A DNA stretch of 43,583 bases, taken from contig JAAOMT010000082.1 of the NCBI GenBank assembly GCA_016748015.1, positions 4,031 through 47,613 of the forward strand. The letters are read 5' to 3'. Below the pieces are notes generated by a model. It worked only from the letters and a program-made list of their open reading frames with translations, was not told the DNA's origin and ran no database searches. The stretch comes from Geosiphon pyriformis uo1 (taxonomy: Eukaryota; Fungi; Glomeromycota). Made by a program: the position numbers and the translations under genes. Positions within the stretch are counted from its first letter, which is position 1. The number at the start of each line of letters is the position of its first letter. Of this stretch, positions 1 through 14,060 are shown piece by piece.

Positions 1-1470
1 CTTAATACAGATATTTTTTAGAAATAGTTATGGCTTAATAACTTCATGAAATTTTAAAAGCAAATTACACATCAAATTATTATACAATAATAATTATTCT
101 AATGAGGCAATATTGTTTAATATTAAAATAACAAACTCAATTTAAAATGTTATTCAATAAAATGGGTTTCTAAAATTCATGTAATAAACTAATTTTTTTT
201 AGTTTTACATTAATAAATAAGTTTATGTCATTAAGATATTAATTTAAACTAAAATAATCATCTGTTCAAACATTTTATTTATATTCTTATTAAATATCCA
301 CTTAATTAATAATAAAACTTAACTTCATAATTTTAAATAATAATTATTACATTGAAAATTTTCAAAACATTGAAATTTTTTCTTTATATTAATATATCAA
401 TTCAATATTATTTCATTTTATTTATTTGAGAAATTATCAATTATCATTGGATTTTGTTAAAGAGATATAAAAAATTTAAAACAAAATGCTAATTACTCAA
501 TTCTTATTTCTATTACTTTCAAACAATATGTAAAAATTACCACATTTCTTTTCTCATATTTTATTAATAAGTAAAGATTGAATTTTGGATATTTCCTTTA
601 CAAAACTCAAATTAAACCATTTTTAATATTAAAACTATTAATAAATTGTTATTATGAAAATTTGACAGAAAATTTTTATAAAAAGAAATACTTGAATCAA
701 AAATCAAATAAAAACATTAATTTCAATATTTAACTGAAATAATTAAAATATTTGGTATATACATAATATTTATTGGTATTTATATTACAATTACTTAGTT
801 TTTTAGTGTTTGCTATTACTAAATACAAAAACTACAGTTTAACTTTTTAAAGAAAATAAAATAAAAAACATTTTAATTAATAGTCTAATAGAAAAATATG
901 TTTTTACATAAATATTCTTGCTAAAAAACTCTTTATATTTATAAATTTTCACATTTACGAATAAGATAGGTAAATTTCATAACTAAAAAAATCATATAAG
1001 ATTAAATATAAAAATTTAATTCTTTATTCAAATTTTTTATTTGTTTTAACCATTTTAAATTAATAAATCTCAAGTGCTTAATGAATTGATCAAGTTTATT
1101 ATTGTGTGCTAATAATACAATTCAGATCTAAAAATATATTTATATAAAAAAATATTATTTTTTGATAATTGTATTAAATAAAAAACTTGCAATGTTTTAA
1201 GATTAACTGACTTTTATAACTTGTCATATGATACTTACTTTGTATTTTTTTAAAATTAAAAAATAAGTTTATTAAAATTAGTTTAAATGCTTTTTTCTAA
1301 TATTTTGCTGTTTTTTGCTTATTATAGTATTATTTAAGATTATTTTGTATATTTGTATTTTTTGCTTTTGTTGTTTTTAAATAGAATTTAATGATTTTTC
1401 CAAATTTTTGTCATTTTTAATGTATTATTGTAAGATTTAAATTATCATTATAAAAAATATCATTTTTGCT
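1..1470. other. Extremely AT-rich, decayed transposon debris (family not assignable)
   Basis: Almost no CpG and no ORFs; composition matches the adjacent recognisable relics. Confidence 0.4.
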
Positions 1471-1479
1471 AATAACAAT

Positions 1480-1750
1480 AGGAAACTTATTTAAGCTCCA
1501 ATATTAATCTACTTAGATTACAGCAAACTATTCATTATTATTATTAAAAACAGTACTATTACAAAAAGAATTAAATAGACAAAAACATTCAGTAATATAT
1601 GTTAACAAAAGTTAAAGTTTAGCTAAAAAGAACTATAACACTTTAGCATTAAAACATTTAGCCATTTATTGAGCTATTATTAAATAAAAGAAATACTTAA
1701 GTCAAAAATTTAATATATATACTAATCACAAAGTATTAACATTGATTTAA
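1480..1750 (+). pseudogene. Ty3/Gypsy RNase H fragment (relic)
   Basis: Translates as KHLAIY*AIIK*KKYLSQKFNIYTNHKVLTL, matching EHLAIYWAIIKWKEYLSQKFEVYTDHKGLTL of the element at 18746-19531. Confidence 0.75.
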
Positions 1751-1858
1751 AAGCAAAAATTTGGAAATAATATTACTAAAAGACTTAAATAGTTCTGGAA
1801 ATTTGGATTTTGGATGTATTCATTTCCTGAATTTTATTTGTATAATCTTAATAACTGG

Positions 1859-2240
1859 TGTTATCAAAGATTTTTGGTCTCTTTTTTTGAATGTTTTTAA
1901 TGCCTGTTAACTGTAAATTCATGTTTTCTGAAAGTAGTTAAACCTCTGATAACTGAATTTATCTTTAAATTATCTCCTATAATTTGAACTGCTGGGCTTA
2001 TAAGTAGAATGACCAATTCTATGCCAGTTATTTTATGTAGTTATGGTGTAGTAAACATCAACTCTTTTCCAAAAATTGCTTATCTGGAAGCCCACTAAAA
2101 ATGTGTAATTACTTTGCTGTAAAAGTTAACTCTTTTACAGAAATTTTATCTGTAGACTATCTTAAAAATTATGATAAGAAAAGTAAAAAAAAATAAAAAA
2201 AAATAAAAAAAATGAAATATTTTCAAGAAAAAAGTTTTCT
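1859..2240 (-). repeat. Partial LTR of a second family (C), interrupting relic A gag
   Basis: Starts TGTTATCAAAGATTTTT, like the end of the solo LTR at 14061 (TGTTATAAAAGGTTTTT). Its reverse complement aligns with 36550-36918. The right boundary is approximate. Confidence 0.6.
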
Positions 2241-4451
2241 ATTTAAGCCTGAAGTTACTAACAGATTATTGAAATTAGTAGCTAATCAATTTCAAAATAT
2301 TAGTTAGTTTTTGTAAATTTCAAGTATAATAATTAAGAATTTGGTTTTTGAATATTTAATTTTTATTTGATTTTGTAAGAATGTATAAAAGATAATTTGT
2401 TTTAATAAAAATATCTAAAGTAAGATATATTTTCTTGAAGAGAGAAGTTTTTTTTTTATACAACTTGCTGTAGTACTAGTTTTTGAATTTGCACTTTTCT
2501 TTTTGCTATAATTTCGGCAAATTAAAGATACATTTTAGCAAACTACAAGTTATTTCTACAAATTATTAATTATTTCAGCCAATTTCTACTAATTTTGGCA
2601 AATTTTTAAATATTAAATGGTTCAGGGTATTGTGTAATTTAATTATCTTAATTTCTATAGTACAAATCGGATTATTAATTAAATAATAATATTTAATAAT
2701 TTGATTAACTAATAAGTAATAATTAAAATAATAATAATATATACTAATTAATATAAGAAATTAGAAGAATAATTTTATGCTAATTAATTGGTTATTTAAT
2801 TTTGTTCTACAATCTATTTTTAAGTATTCTTGTTTATTACAGTAATGACAAATACATGTTTTTTGTTGTCATAATTGATTTAATAATGATAGATATAATT
2901 AATTAGAACCATAATTATAGTTTTCTAGATTATTATAATATTGAAAAAACTGATAAATTGTTTAATTATTAATTAAGTATTCCTCAATCTTTTGGTTGAT
3001 TGTTTTTTAAAATTGTTTTAATTTGGTATCTAACTCAAATGATTTGTTTATTACTAGATTTACAATTTGGGTGTAATTGGCTTTGAGTTTAGCTAACTCA
3101 AAATCTTTAGTATAAGTAACTGTACTTTGAAGTGTAATTAAATGTAATAAGCATATTTGTTATAACAAATTGCTGTATAATCTATAAATAAATTGATTCA
3201 AAATCTGTAATATTGTAAAATAGTCAGTATTAATTACTTGAATTTGGCATAAATTTTTGTAAAAATGTTCTAAATAAGTGATAATTGCTTTGTTATTACT
3301 TTGCTTAATTGTAGTAAAACCAGTTAATAACCAATTAATGCTGTTGTAATTATTGAAATATTGTAGAAAAACGACTTGGAATGTGTTAAAAGTTTGTGGT
3401 TTGTTGACTAGGCTCTAATACTACAAGTTAGTTATATCTTGTAAAAAGTAGAGAATTATTTAAATAACTTTAGTGTTATTTTATTCATTGGTTGCAATAG
3501 CTTTTACCATATCATTTAATTATGCTTAAGTGTTATTTTGTTTACTGGTAAATTTTTTAAGTTTAAAAATTGATGCATATGTTATTTGTCCTAAAAGTAA
3601 ATCAATTGGTGATTAATAGAGATGACTATTAGTATAATAGAAGAATTAATTTAGATAACTGAAGGTAAATTATTGTTAATAATAGAAGTAGAGTTTGAAT
3701 TTTTTGGGTTTTGCTAAGTTTAAACTTCTGGATTATTTGGAATTGGGTTTTAATTGTTGTTTTTTTATTGTGGTTTTCTTTTTCTTTTGATTCAATTTTT
3801 GTTCAATTATTAATAAATTCGAAATTTGATTGAAGTGGCAATGTTTAGAGTTCTAATAAAGTTGTTAGTTGTAATTTAAATTTTTTAAATAAATTGTTAT
3901 AGGTTTTTAATAGTTTAATTTTTTTTTAATTACTTTAAAATAGTATTCATGCTAATAGTATTTTTGATGTAGATATAACTGTTAATATTATCTAAATAGT
4001 ACTTTTGGGCTTATAATAATATGATATGTAAATGGGTAAAATAACTCTTAGTTTTTTTCAAATAAGCAGTTATATTTTTTTTGGTGTTTTTGTTAGGATT
4101 TTAACTTTTTTTTTCTTTGTTTGCAAAGATAATAAGATTAATGTAATAAACAGATAATTTTGTGGAAGTGTAGTGCTTTAAAGTAATTTACTGTAGAAAT
4201 TTTTAAAAGTGGTTTTTGAATTTTCTTGGTCTTTTAAGTAAAATATAATTTTTTTATTAACATAAAAGTTGAAAGCTAATTCTGCTAGTCAATAATTACT
4301 TGTTAGTTTAAAGTAAGTTTGATAATATTGAAATAAAGTCTTTGTAAATCTCAAGTGATTTGTTCTTATTATTTCTAATTTTGCCACTATTTTGAATAAT
4401 AGATGTTAATACTGGTTTTCTGTTAGATTATATCTTATAGAAAGCACTAAA

Positions 4452-5236
4452 TATTACAGATAATAATTTGAAGTATTAAAACAAATAACAAATCTGTAAC
4501 TTGATGCTTAATAATTATTCTTAATAATAATTTTTGAAGATTTTGGTATTTAAAGGTTTTGGTTAAGTTTTTTGTATAATAAATAAAAATTCAAGTAATG
4601 GTTTTTTCTCAATTTTTGTTTTTAGCATAATAACTTGTTTAATCTGGCAGTTATGTTCTTTTAGTAAGCTATTCTTAAGTTTTCTGTTCTTGTTTTATGA
4701 GTTTTTTACCAGATTATTTTTGATATTAATTACTCAGTGCTTAATTTTTTAATCAATTAGTAAATAACAAAACCAAATAAAACATTAGTATCTTGTCAAT
4801 AGTCATGATCAAGAGTTATTGGTCTAGTATAGTTAAATATTGAATTTTATTAACATGAATTATTGATAATATGAAAGTAATTAATATTTTTTAATCAAGC
4901 AATAATAATATAAATTGAATAGTAATAGATATTTTTATTAATATAAATATAATTCTACTTTAAATTATAGAAAACTATTTTTTAAAAAGAAAAATATTTG
5001 TTAATTATTAATTAGTTATTATTATTCTGTTTTTTTTTGTTTTTAATACTTTTGTTATATATACATAATTCGTGTTATATAAGATTTTACACATTTCTAC
5101 TTTTTTTTATGCTATTTTTTAAAAATGTGCTTATTCTTAAAAATGTCCTTATTTATTAATTACAATTTTTTTATTGGTTTATTTTTTTATGATCTGTTTT
5201 TTTTATCTTTTTTTGTATTTTTTTTTATGATTAACA
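4452..5236 (-). repeat. 5' LTR of relic A
   Basis: Termini TATTACA...TATGATTAACA match TGTTACA...TATGAGTAACA of the LTR at 25000-25894; shares the internal motif TCAATAGTCATGATCAAGAGTTATT. Confidence 0.8.
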
Positions 5237-5299
5237 ATAATTGTCATGTAAAATAGAAAATAGAATTATTACTATTCAATTATATAGTACACTATAAAA

Positions 5300-8282
5300 A
5301 AAAAGAAATACCAATAACTTGTTACAAATAAAACATTTCAATTCAAAAATATTTCAAAAAATAAATACATAAAAATATTAACAATTCTAATATTATATTA
5401 ATACTCAATAGTTTAAAAAAAAATTATCTCAAAAAAAACAAAACAACATAAAACAACAATTAAAATACTTTATTACTTACCAAAATATATTTTATTGAAA
5501 AAACAAAAAAGATTTAAACCAATTATTTAAAGTAATTACAAAACCAGAGAAAAAAACAGTACTATTTAATATATACTCAGATTCAATAGCAGAACATTTT
5601 TATAAAAAAGCAAACATGAAAAAACTCCAAAAAAATACTATTAGCTATCAATATATTTAAACATTATTTAATATGTTCAAAATTGTGATGTTTATTAAAA
5701 AAAAAGAAAAACAAAACCCAATAAATAATTAAAACCAATTAAAGTAAGACAACTAATTGATCAAATTGGAATTAACTTAATAAAATCATTAATAATAACT
5801 AGCAAATATAATTAATATATAGCAATAGTCATTAACTATTTTACAAAATAGCCAAAAGTTAAAATCATTCAAAGAGCAAATTCAAAATCTGTAGGTAAAT
5901 TTATATACCAAAATTTGATTTATTGATATAAATATTTAAAAAAATTGTTATTAAATTAAGAAACTTATTTTGTAAACAAAATATTAACAGAATTAAGTCA
6001 AAAATTTGGAATTAAATATTATTATTTTTATATTATCTACAAACAAATAACTTAATCAAAAGATTTAACAAAACATTATACAAAACAATAGCTAAAATTA
6101 GCCAAAAAAACCAGAACAAATAAAATTTGTTTATATTATCAGTATTATTTGCTTATTAGATAATAAAATAAAATATTATATAAATAATATTATTTAAACT
6201 AGTTATAAAAAAACAGCAATATTATTAGTTAAGATAGATATCAATACATATTTAATAAAACCAATAACAGAAGCCAATATTTAAGAAACATTGCTGAAAA
6301 AAACATATAACTTAATAAAACTTTAGAAAACAAAAAATGAAAAGCAGTTAATAATATACAAAAATCATAAAAAAATGACATAATAATCAATTACCAAATA
6401 AATTGGTCAAATTCAGAATTGAAAACAAAGTATTTTTACATTATATCAAAACAAAAAAACAATAGAGTAAAAAGTTTAACTTCAAATAAAATAATCTATT
6501 TTACATTAAAAAAATTCAAAAAAATAGAGCTTATAAATTAAGATAAAATAACAAAATTTTAATCAAAGTAGCACATGATAATTGATTGAAACCATATTAC
6601 AATATAGTTATATTATTTATCAATAATATTCTACAACTAAGAATACAAAGAATATTAGTCAAATTAGATAAAATTTTACAAGATTTGGAATTAATTATAA
6701 TTATTAAAAAAAATGCAAAAAAGTAAATTAAGTTAATAGTATATAAAAACACAGTATATATAACAAAAGCAACAATAAAAGATAAAAATCTCAAACCACA
6801 TCCACACAATAACACAACAATTATTTTAAGTTATAAATCAACAACAATTAAACATAAAAATAATTATTAATTTTAAATAATTTGTTATAAAACACAAAAA
6901 AAAAAGCAAAAATTATTTTATATTAGCAACCACAAAACAAACAAAGCACTAATCAAATAAAATTATAGAAAAAGTAAAAACCACTTTTAGAAAAATACTA
7001 ATTACTATTTCAATTGAAAAATTAATTAAGAAAAATTGAAAGCTATAAATAAAACAATTTCTAATAGCATATTGCTACTATCAGTTAAAACAAAAGCTAA
7101 ACATTTAGAAATTATATATTAACAAATCCAAAAAATCTTCAATCAAAAAATAGTACAACAAATTAAAAACTTTATCAAAAAAAAACAAATTCTATACTAT
7201 ACATCAAAACAATTTATCAATTATATATTATATTTTATAATTATTTAGAAATACTACTATTTTTAGACATAAAAACAATAACTATTAACCAGTAGAAAAA
7301 AATAACCAATTCTTAATTCAAAGACATAAGAACCAAAATTGAACAAATAATATTAGAAAAAAAAGTAATAAACTTAATTCAAAATAAAAATTTCAATAGA
7401 ACTTAATACTATAAAAAAAGATAATATTATTCATAGAAAAAAAATACAAAAAAAAGATAAAAAACAGATTATAAAATAGACTAATAAGAAAATAGTATTT
7501 AATAAGTAAGTATATTTTTAGAAAATTATAGCATATTTTTAGAAAATTACAACATATTTTTAAGAATGAGTACATTTCCAGAAAATAATGTAAAAAAAAA
7601 TAAAAATATGTTAAATTTTATATAATATAAATTATGTATATATAGTAAAAGTATTAAAAACAAAAAAAAAAAACAGAAACAAATAATTAATAGTTAGCAA
7701 ATACTTTTTTTTCAAAAAATAGTTTTTTATAACTTAAAGTAGAATTATATTCATATTAATAAAATATTTATTATTATCTAATTTATATTATTATTGTTTA
7801 ATTAAGAAATATTAATCACATTTATATTATCAACAACCTATGTTGATAGAATCTAATATTTAACTATATTGAACTAATAATTTTTGATTATGGCTATTAA
7901 CAAAATATTAATTTTTTATTTCTTTTCATATTTTTTTTATTTTTTTTTATTTTTATTTTTTTGTTATTTATTAATTAATTAAAAGATTAAGTATTGAGTA
8001 ATTAACATAAAGAATAGCCTAGTAAAAAATCCATAAAACAAGAATAAAAAACTTAAAGATAGTTTATTAAAAGAGCATAACTGCCAAATTAAACCAGTCA
8101 CTATACTAAAAAAAAAATTTTACAAAAGAAACAACCAGTTTGAATTTTTGTTTATTATACAAAAAATTTAACCAAAATCTTTAGATCACAAAACTTTCAG
8201 AAATTATTATTATCAATAACTATTAAATACCAAATTACAGATTTGTTATTTATTTCAACATCCCAAATAATCATCTGTAACA
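5300..8282 (+). mobile_element. Ty3/Gypsy relic B: integrase, post-pol region, PPT and 3' LTR
   Basis: Decayed integrase motifs SIAEHF...YVQNCD, FTK*PKVKIIQRANSKSVGKFIYQNLI and YLQTNNLIKRFNKTLYKTIAKISQKNQN match 17570-18490. Purine tract at 7413-7424 precedes the LTR. Confidence 0.85.
7425..8282 (+). repeat. 3' LTR of relic B
   Basis: Starts TATTATTCATAGAAA (compare TGTTACTCATAGAAA of the intact LTR), contains the ATGTATATATAG box and ends AATAATCATCTGTAACA. Confidence 0.8.
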
Positions 8283-10505
8283 GTGTGTATAATAAGTATA
8301 ATGTCTTAAAAAAAGATAATTTTTTGGTTTTGGCAGATATTTTAATTTAGTTTTCTATTTTGTTATAAGCTTAGTAATTAAAAATGCTTTAAAAAAAACA
8401 AAAAATTTAGCTAGTGTTTTAGAATATGCAAAAAACTTATAATTTAGTAGATTAATTACATTTGCAAAAATGCTTATTAAAGATTAAAATATGTTTAAAG
8501 TTTATTAAATTTTTTAGTTATATTCATAATAGCTATATTAATAAAATTATGACAAATTTTGGCTTAATTAGTAAGTATACAGTTTATAATAATCTGAATA
8601 AAGTAAAATATTTTTTTTTATATAAAGAATTTTTTATAATCTATTTTATGTAAAGTCTGAAAACATAATTTTTTTTAGTTATAAAATTGATTTTAAATAT
8701 GTAATTAGAACCAATAAAGTTAAATTTTATATAAAATTGATGTTATTTTTAATAGTATATGTTTTTATTAATAATACAATTTGAATTAAACACAGTTATT
8801 TAGTTATGTAAAATATTTTAAATATTATTGATAAGCTTTTTAATATTAATAATATAGTTATTAATATGAAAATTTTAATTATAAATAATTTATTATATTA
8901 ATTATTAAATCTAATAAGCCTTACAAATATCTAGAAATTTATATATTATTAAAAAAATTTTTAATGTCAATTTTTTTTTAGTAATTGTTCAATAAAAAAT
9001 TATTTAACACAAACAATTTACATATTTGGTTTTTGCTGTTTTGTATCTTATTTTGTGCTATAAAATACAATTTAGTTTTGTTAATAAATATTTATATACA
9101 AAATAAAACCTAATTATTAAGCATAATTTAAAGTTTAATACTGATTTGTCAAAAAATTTTTCAAGTAATATAATGTATTATCTCTTATTTTACAATCTAA
9201 AATCTTTTAACCAAGCTTAAATTAAAAATAAAATTGCTTTTATTGCTAATTTTGCTAATATTAATAGCATTTTAAGATAGTTTTTAAATATAAGATTATA
9301 GATTTACAAGTTATTGTTTTTAAGTATTATTATAATTCTTTTGTTTTAGATATTATAAAAATTATTAAGTATTTTAAAATTGTCAAATTTTTGAAGTATT
9401 TTAGAATAATATTAACTAAACAATTTTTGAACAGTCTAAAAAAGTGTTTTTTTTAGAAAAATTTTTAATGTTAAAAATAATTAAATTTTAAGAGTTTTAA
9501 TTTTTTTGATGTTTAAATTTGTATTTTTAGAGAGTTTTGTAAATTTTAACTTATCTTTTCAAGTTTTTATTAAGTTAAATATATTAAATATATTAGATTT
9601 TTTTTAATATTAAATCTACTTTAAAAAATAACAATTCAAATCTTTACAGATAATTTTGTTAATAATTTTAGTTTATTTTTTGTTACTGGTAATATAACAA
9701 CATATTTTTTTAGTTTAAATTTATATATAAATATACAAGTAAACAATCTGTTCTTCTTAATTCTGATTGAATTATTAGTTTTTATTTTGTTTTTTAAGTG
9801 TGTTTTTTTTTATGTCAAAATTTTTTTAGATAGCCAAGTTACTATTAATGCTTATTATTTGAATTGTATTTGTTAAAACTCGATTTTAAAATTTTTATTA
9901 AATAAAGTATTATTATATGATTAATATTATTTATAATAAGAGTTTGTTTATTAAATAAATAAAAATAAAAAAATATTTAAAGATTATAAACAATAAATAT
10001 GCCAATGTTTTAACAAATCTTACAACCTATTCTGGTTTGATACTTTTTACTAATGTGTTTAAAAACTATATAATAGCTTGTAAAAAAGCTGTTTTAGATA
10101 ATATTATTTGAAAAATCTTATAAAAAATGAATTTTAGTGCCTAATATAATGAGTTTTTTGTATGTTAATAATATTAATTGAGAAGCAATAGTCTTAATAT
10201 GACATCTTAACTTATATATAACAACTGGTTTTACTAACAAATTCACAACAAATTTGTATATTTATATTGTAAAGACTTTGTATTATAAACTGCTAATAGT
10301 TATTAAAAAAAACTTTATAATAAACATTATTATAGTGTTTTTTGTGTACATTATAATAAAATTAAATTTTTTAATTATAGTTTTGTTTGTTAAAAAAACC
10401 AAGTAGTATAATATAGTCTTTTAATTGCATATTCAATTTTATGATACTTTTTGTCCAATACTAATTTGTTTTCTCTTATTATTTTTTAAGACTTAATTTT
10501 AAGTA
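8283..10505 (+). pseudogene. LINE0 relic: RT to C-terminal part of ORF2
   Basis: Colinear, heavily mutated homologue of LINE1 ORF2, e.g. LQKCLLKIKICLKFIKFFSYIHNSYINKIMTNFGL versus LINE2 LKASLHHIKMCSRFIEFFRNIHKNRFNRVMTDFGL. Confidence 0.8.
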
Positions 10506-10598
10506 AAAAAAAACACTTTTCTAAAAAAGAAGTTTTTTTTATTATTTTTTTCTTGCTAGTTTATTTTAATCATTTCTTTACCTAATAACTTTTTTATT

Positions 10599-12477
10599 AT
10601 GAACTTAAAGACTGCTTTTAGTAGTAGCATAACAAAAAAAAAGATGCCTAAAAGTGCTCTTCATGGTCCTGCTAGTGGTTTTTTTTCTCAAAAAAAAAAG
10701 ATGGTTGTGGATAATATAAAGCATTCAGGCAATAAGAAAAACATATCTTTGGTTAAATTGGGTCTTGGTTGCATGTATTCAGATTTGAATAGTAAATCTA
10801 GTGGTGGTGAGAACAATTTTATTATAAAAGATCTTGACAATAGGTCTCTTTTGGGCTCAGTGGCTAATACTTTTAAAGCAAAAAAAGTAAATACTAGTGT
10901 AATTTTTGGCTTTCCCCTTGGCTCTTTTAACTATGATATGAAAGAAGAGATAAAACTCCTTTCACCACTCTTTAATATATTCTTAAATAGAAAGTAGATT
11001 GATTCTAAAGTTGTGAAAACCTCCATAAAAGTGACTGTTAAAAAATTTTTTGCTTTAGATATTAATTTTTTGGCAGTAGAAGACAAATCTGCTATAATGA
11101 AAACTTGATTAATTAGAAAAAAATTTTCATTAGTCAATGATTTTAAAGGGGCCACTACCCTCTTAAAATTTGAAAAAATTATCAAATCTACTTTCACTTT
11201 GGAAATTAGCATAAAAAAGGCCATTTCATTGGCCAAAGAAAATGGGATTATTGCAAATATTAATGTTAAGAAACAAGAAATTCTTTTGAATTGGACTGTG
11301 GTCATTAAAAAAATTTCTATGGATATGCCAAAGGAAATAATCATCACTGTAGTGGCCGAATTTGGTGAAATTAAGTCGATCAAAATTTAGTTGATTGAAA
11401 TATGGCAGAAAACTGTGATAGAATTCATCAAATCAGATCAGGCTGAACATTTGGTATCTAAATAGTCTTTTCTTATTAGAAAGATTCAGTACATGTAACT
11501 ATGGCTGTGAGAAATCATAAAACTTGAGCATTAAGAGATAAATTTAGAGCACTGCTGTTTATCTTGTCAGTGGGAATAATTGCTTATAATTTGGGCACTT
11601 TTTTAGAAGGGGCTGGTGGGAAAACTTGTGTCATAAATTGATTATTGAATACTGGTAATAGAATTTGCTGTGCTGTGGTCAGCTTTGAGTCTAAGAATAC
11701 AATAGAATTTGCATATTGCATTGAGCCAATATTTGGTGGTGTTAAACTCTTTTGGGCAAGATTAAATCTGGTTTGGTGTGATAAATGTAAGAGGTTAAGT
11801 CATTCTGTTTTAGAGTGTAATACAATGAGTGTGACTACTCTTTTGGCTCCAAAATCATTTAAGAAGTCTATTTTTAAGGTAAATCATCTTTGTTTGACCA
11901 AAGTTACACTAAAAAAAGTGTTTTTATTTCTCACCTTACTGCTTTTGGTGGAAAATCTTGGGCCCAAGTGGTTTTACTTGTTGTCTTTTCTGAAAATAGT
12001 TTCTATTTGGATTCTGGTTCTGGTTTTTATCCATTTGGGTTTTCAAGTATCAAAAAATGTTTATTGGTTGTTTAGAATAATTCTTCTGTTGTTGACCAGT
12101 TAGCTTTCTTGGAATGATCTTCAGAACTCTTGGCTAACCAAGTGTTAAATATAATGTGTAGGTTAAATGATATGAAACTGGTGTCTTTGGTATCTGTTTT
12201 CAATTTCGCAGCTTCAATTATTCCTGTTCCAACATTATCTATATCAGATTTAGATATGGCTTTGAATAATGCACTAATGGCCTCTACTTTTTCTTTTTTA
12301 GTTGTTAACAATATTACTTCTAATCTTGGTTTAAGTAGTTCAAAGATTTTTACCACCAAAATGGGTGGTCTAAAATCAAAAATAGTTGCTCTGGAGGTGT
12401 TGGTTAACTCAATTTTGGAGAAGTTAAATTGTCTGTGCTCTGGTTTGGGTTTCTTAGCTCTCTTTTCATTTTAATAA
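10599..12477 (+). pseudogene. LINE1 ORF1 (RRM-like domains plus CCHC knuckle)
   Basis: Fragments VVIKKISMDMPKEIIITVVAEFGEIKSIKI and CDKCKRLSHSVLEC; homologous to LINE2 ORF1; several stops and frameshifts. Confidence 0.8.
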
Positions 12478-14060
12478 CAGATTTAGTTTGGAAGTTTGCT
12501 ATGTGTAATATTTGGAGCATCAATGTTTCTGTAAAACAGGATGACATTGTTCATTGGTATAAAAATTTGGGTAACTTGGTCTCTATAGTTATTAAGACAA
12601 AATTGCAGTCTAATATTAAGCTATGGATTATGAATAAGTTTGATGAGATTTGGATTTTTACTTCTGGGCTTTCTTGGTGTTGGGGTTGTTATTATTATTG
12701 GTCTATCACATGTTTAATATAGAAGAAGTTTCTGGTCAGCTAATTTCTGTACATCTTCTGTTTAAAGACAAACTCTCAATTACAATTTTGGGATTGTATA
12801 CTGGTGTTTCTGTTGGTGCATATTTTGACCAAGCTTTTAATATCAACTCTTTGATCTCTAAAACAGTCAATTTAAGTTTTTTACAGTTTTGGGTAGTAAC
12901 TTCAATAAAAATAGAGCCAAGAGGAATGCAAGTTTCAAGTTCTGTGCGGATTTGAGCTTAGTTAACACTTTTAATAAACATTTGTTGACCAAAGCTTTTA
13001 CTTAGAGCAATTTTAAGAGTGTAAAAAGAGTGATAGATTTTATTTTTGTGAATGAAAACTTGGTATCTGCTGTCATATTACACAAAGTCAATAATGTATC
13101 AGAATTTTTGATACAGATCATAAGTTAGTTTCAATTTTAATTGGTTTGGGTGGACTTTTGAATGCTTGTTTTATCAGTATTTGTAAGCAGACCAACTGTG
13201 ACTGGTAGAAGTTTAAGTTGAAAAATGCTGATGAGGCTCAATAATTGCATTTTAAAGAGTGTTTTTCTGTTGAGTTGTTGGTTAAATCTACCATATTTGG
13301 GAATGTGAAAGACTCTGGTGACTTAGATACATTGTGGAAAGTGCTAAAAGAGACCATGGTACAAGCTGCTACTAAGGTGTTCTCAAAGAATTGGTATAGT
13401 AAATATAATTGTTTAAGGAACAAACAATTTTCAAAATTTTTTAAATTAGAGCTGCTTGTTGCTAAAATTGTAAAATGTTGGAATTTTAGAAATCTTCTGA
13501 ATTTTGACTGTTTAGTTAAAGTTTGGTCAGCCATTGATGTAGTTGAGACTTCTAAGACTACTAACATAGTTCTGGATGGTGTGAGTTCAGTGGAATTGCT
13601 TATGTATTTGTTAGTAGTAAGAAGAAGGTATTAGAAGTCTAAGTATTATAAGTCAAAAATTGCTAAAGATATAGCTATTAGGAAGATGATTAATTATCAT
13701 AGAAAATTTTTGTTCTAACAAAGAGCAGATGATCAAAAGCATTTTGGAATGCCCATTTTGCAAGATTATTTTGAATCACTTGATGGTAGATAATACAATA
13801 GTAGTTGAGTCTAATGAGATAAAACTTAAAATTGATAAGATCATGGAAAGATGGATAAGAAAATGGTCAATGCTTCCAAGAATGTCTGATCTTTGGTCTT
13901 GTCAATATATGCCTTTGAATTACATGGATGATGATGCTTTTTCTGGTGTAATAAAAGTAATTGACATGAGAGAATTGTCATTAATTGTTAATAGTTTGCC
14001 AAATGACAAAGCTATCAGATTGTCAAAGATACTTAATAAACTTTGAAAACACTGTAGTGG
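12474..14060 (+). pseudogene. LINE1 ORF2 part 1: APE endonuclease and linker
   Basis: WKFAMCNIWSIN (APE N-terminal motif), IKTKL (from ETK), RVIDFIFV and TDH motifs. Confidence 0.85.

Larger units (their letters stand above)
1760..5236 (-). mobile_element. Ty3/Gypsy relic A: 5' LTR, PBS and gag
   Basis: Minus strand gives YNSINWLLTGFTTIKQSNNKAIITYLEHFYKNLCQIQVINTDYFTILQILNQFI (~3170-3350), CICHYCNKQEYLKIDC (~2810-2860) and NPNFQNYLSLLV (~1775-1810), all homologous to the Gag at 22.7-24.9 kb. Decayed PBS at 4431-4449. Confidence 0.85.

Noticed and set aside
6597-7575. Short hydrophobic F/I/L/K-rich ORFs (6597-6815, 7393-7575)
   Set aside because: Chance ORFs in AT-decayed TE sequence, antisense to relic B.
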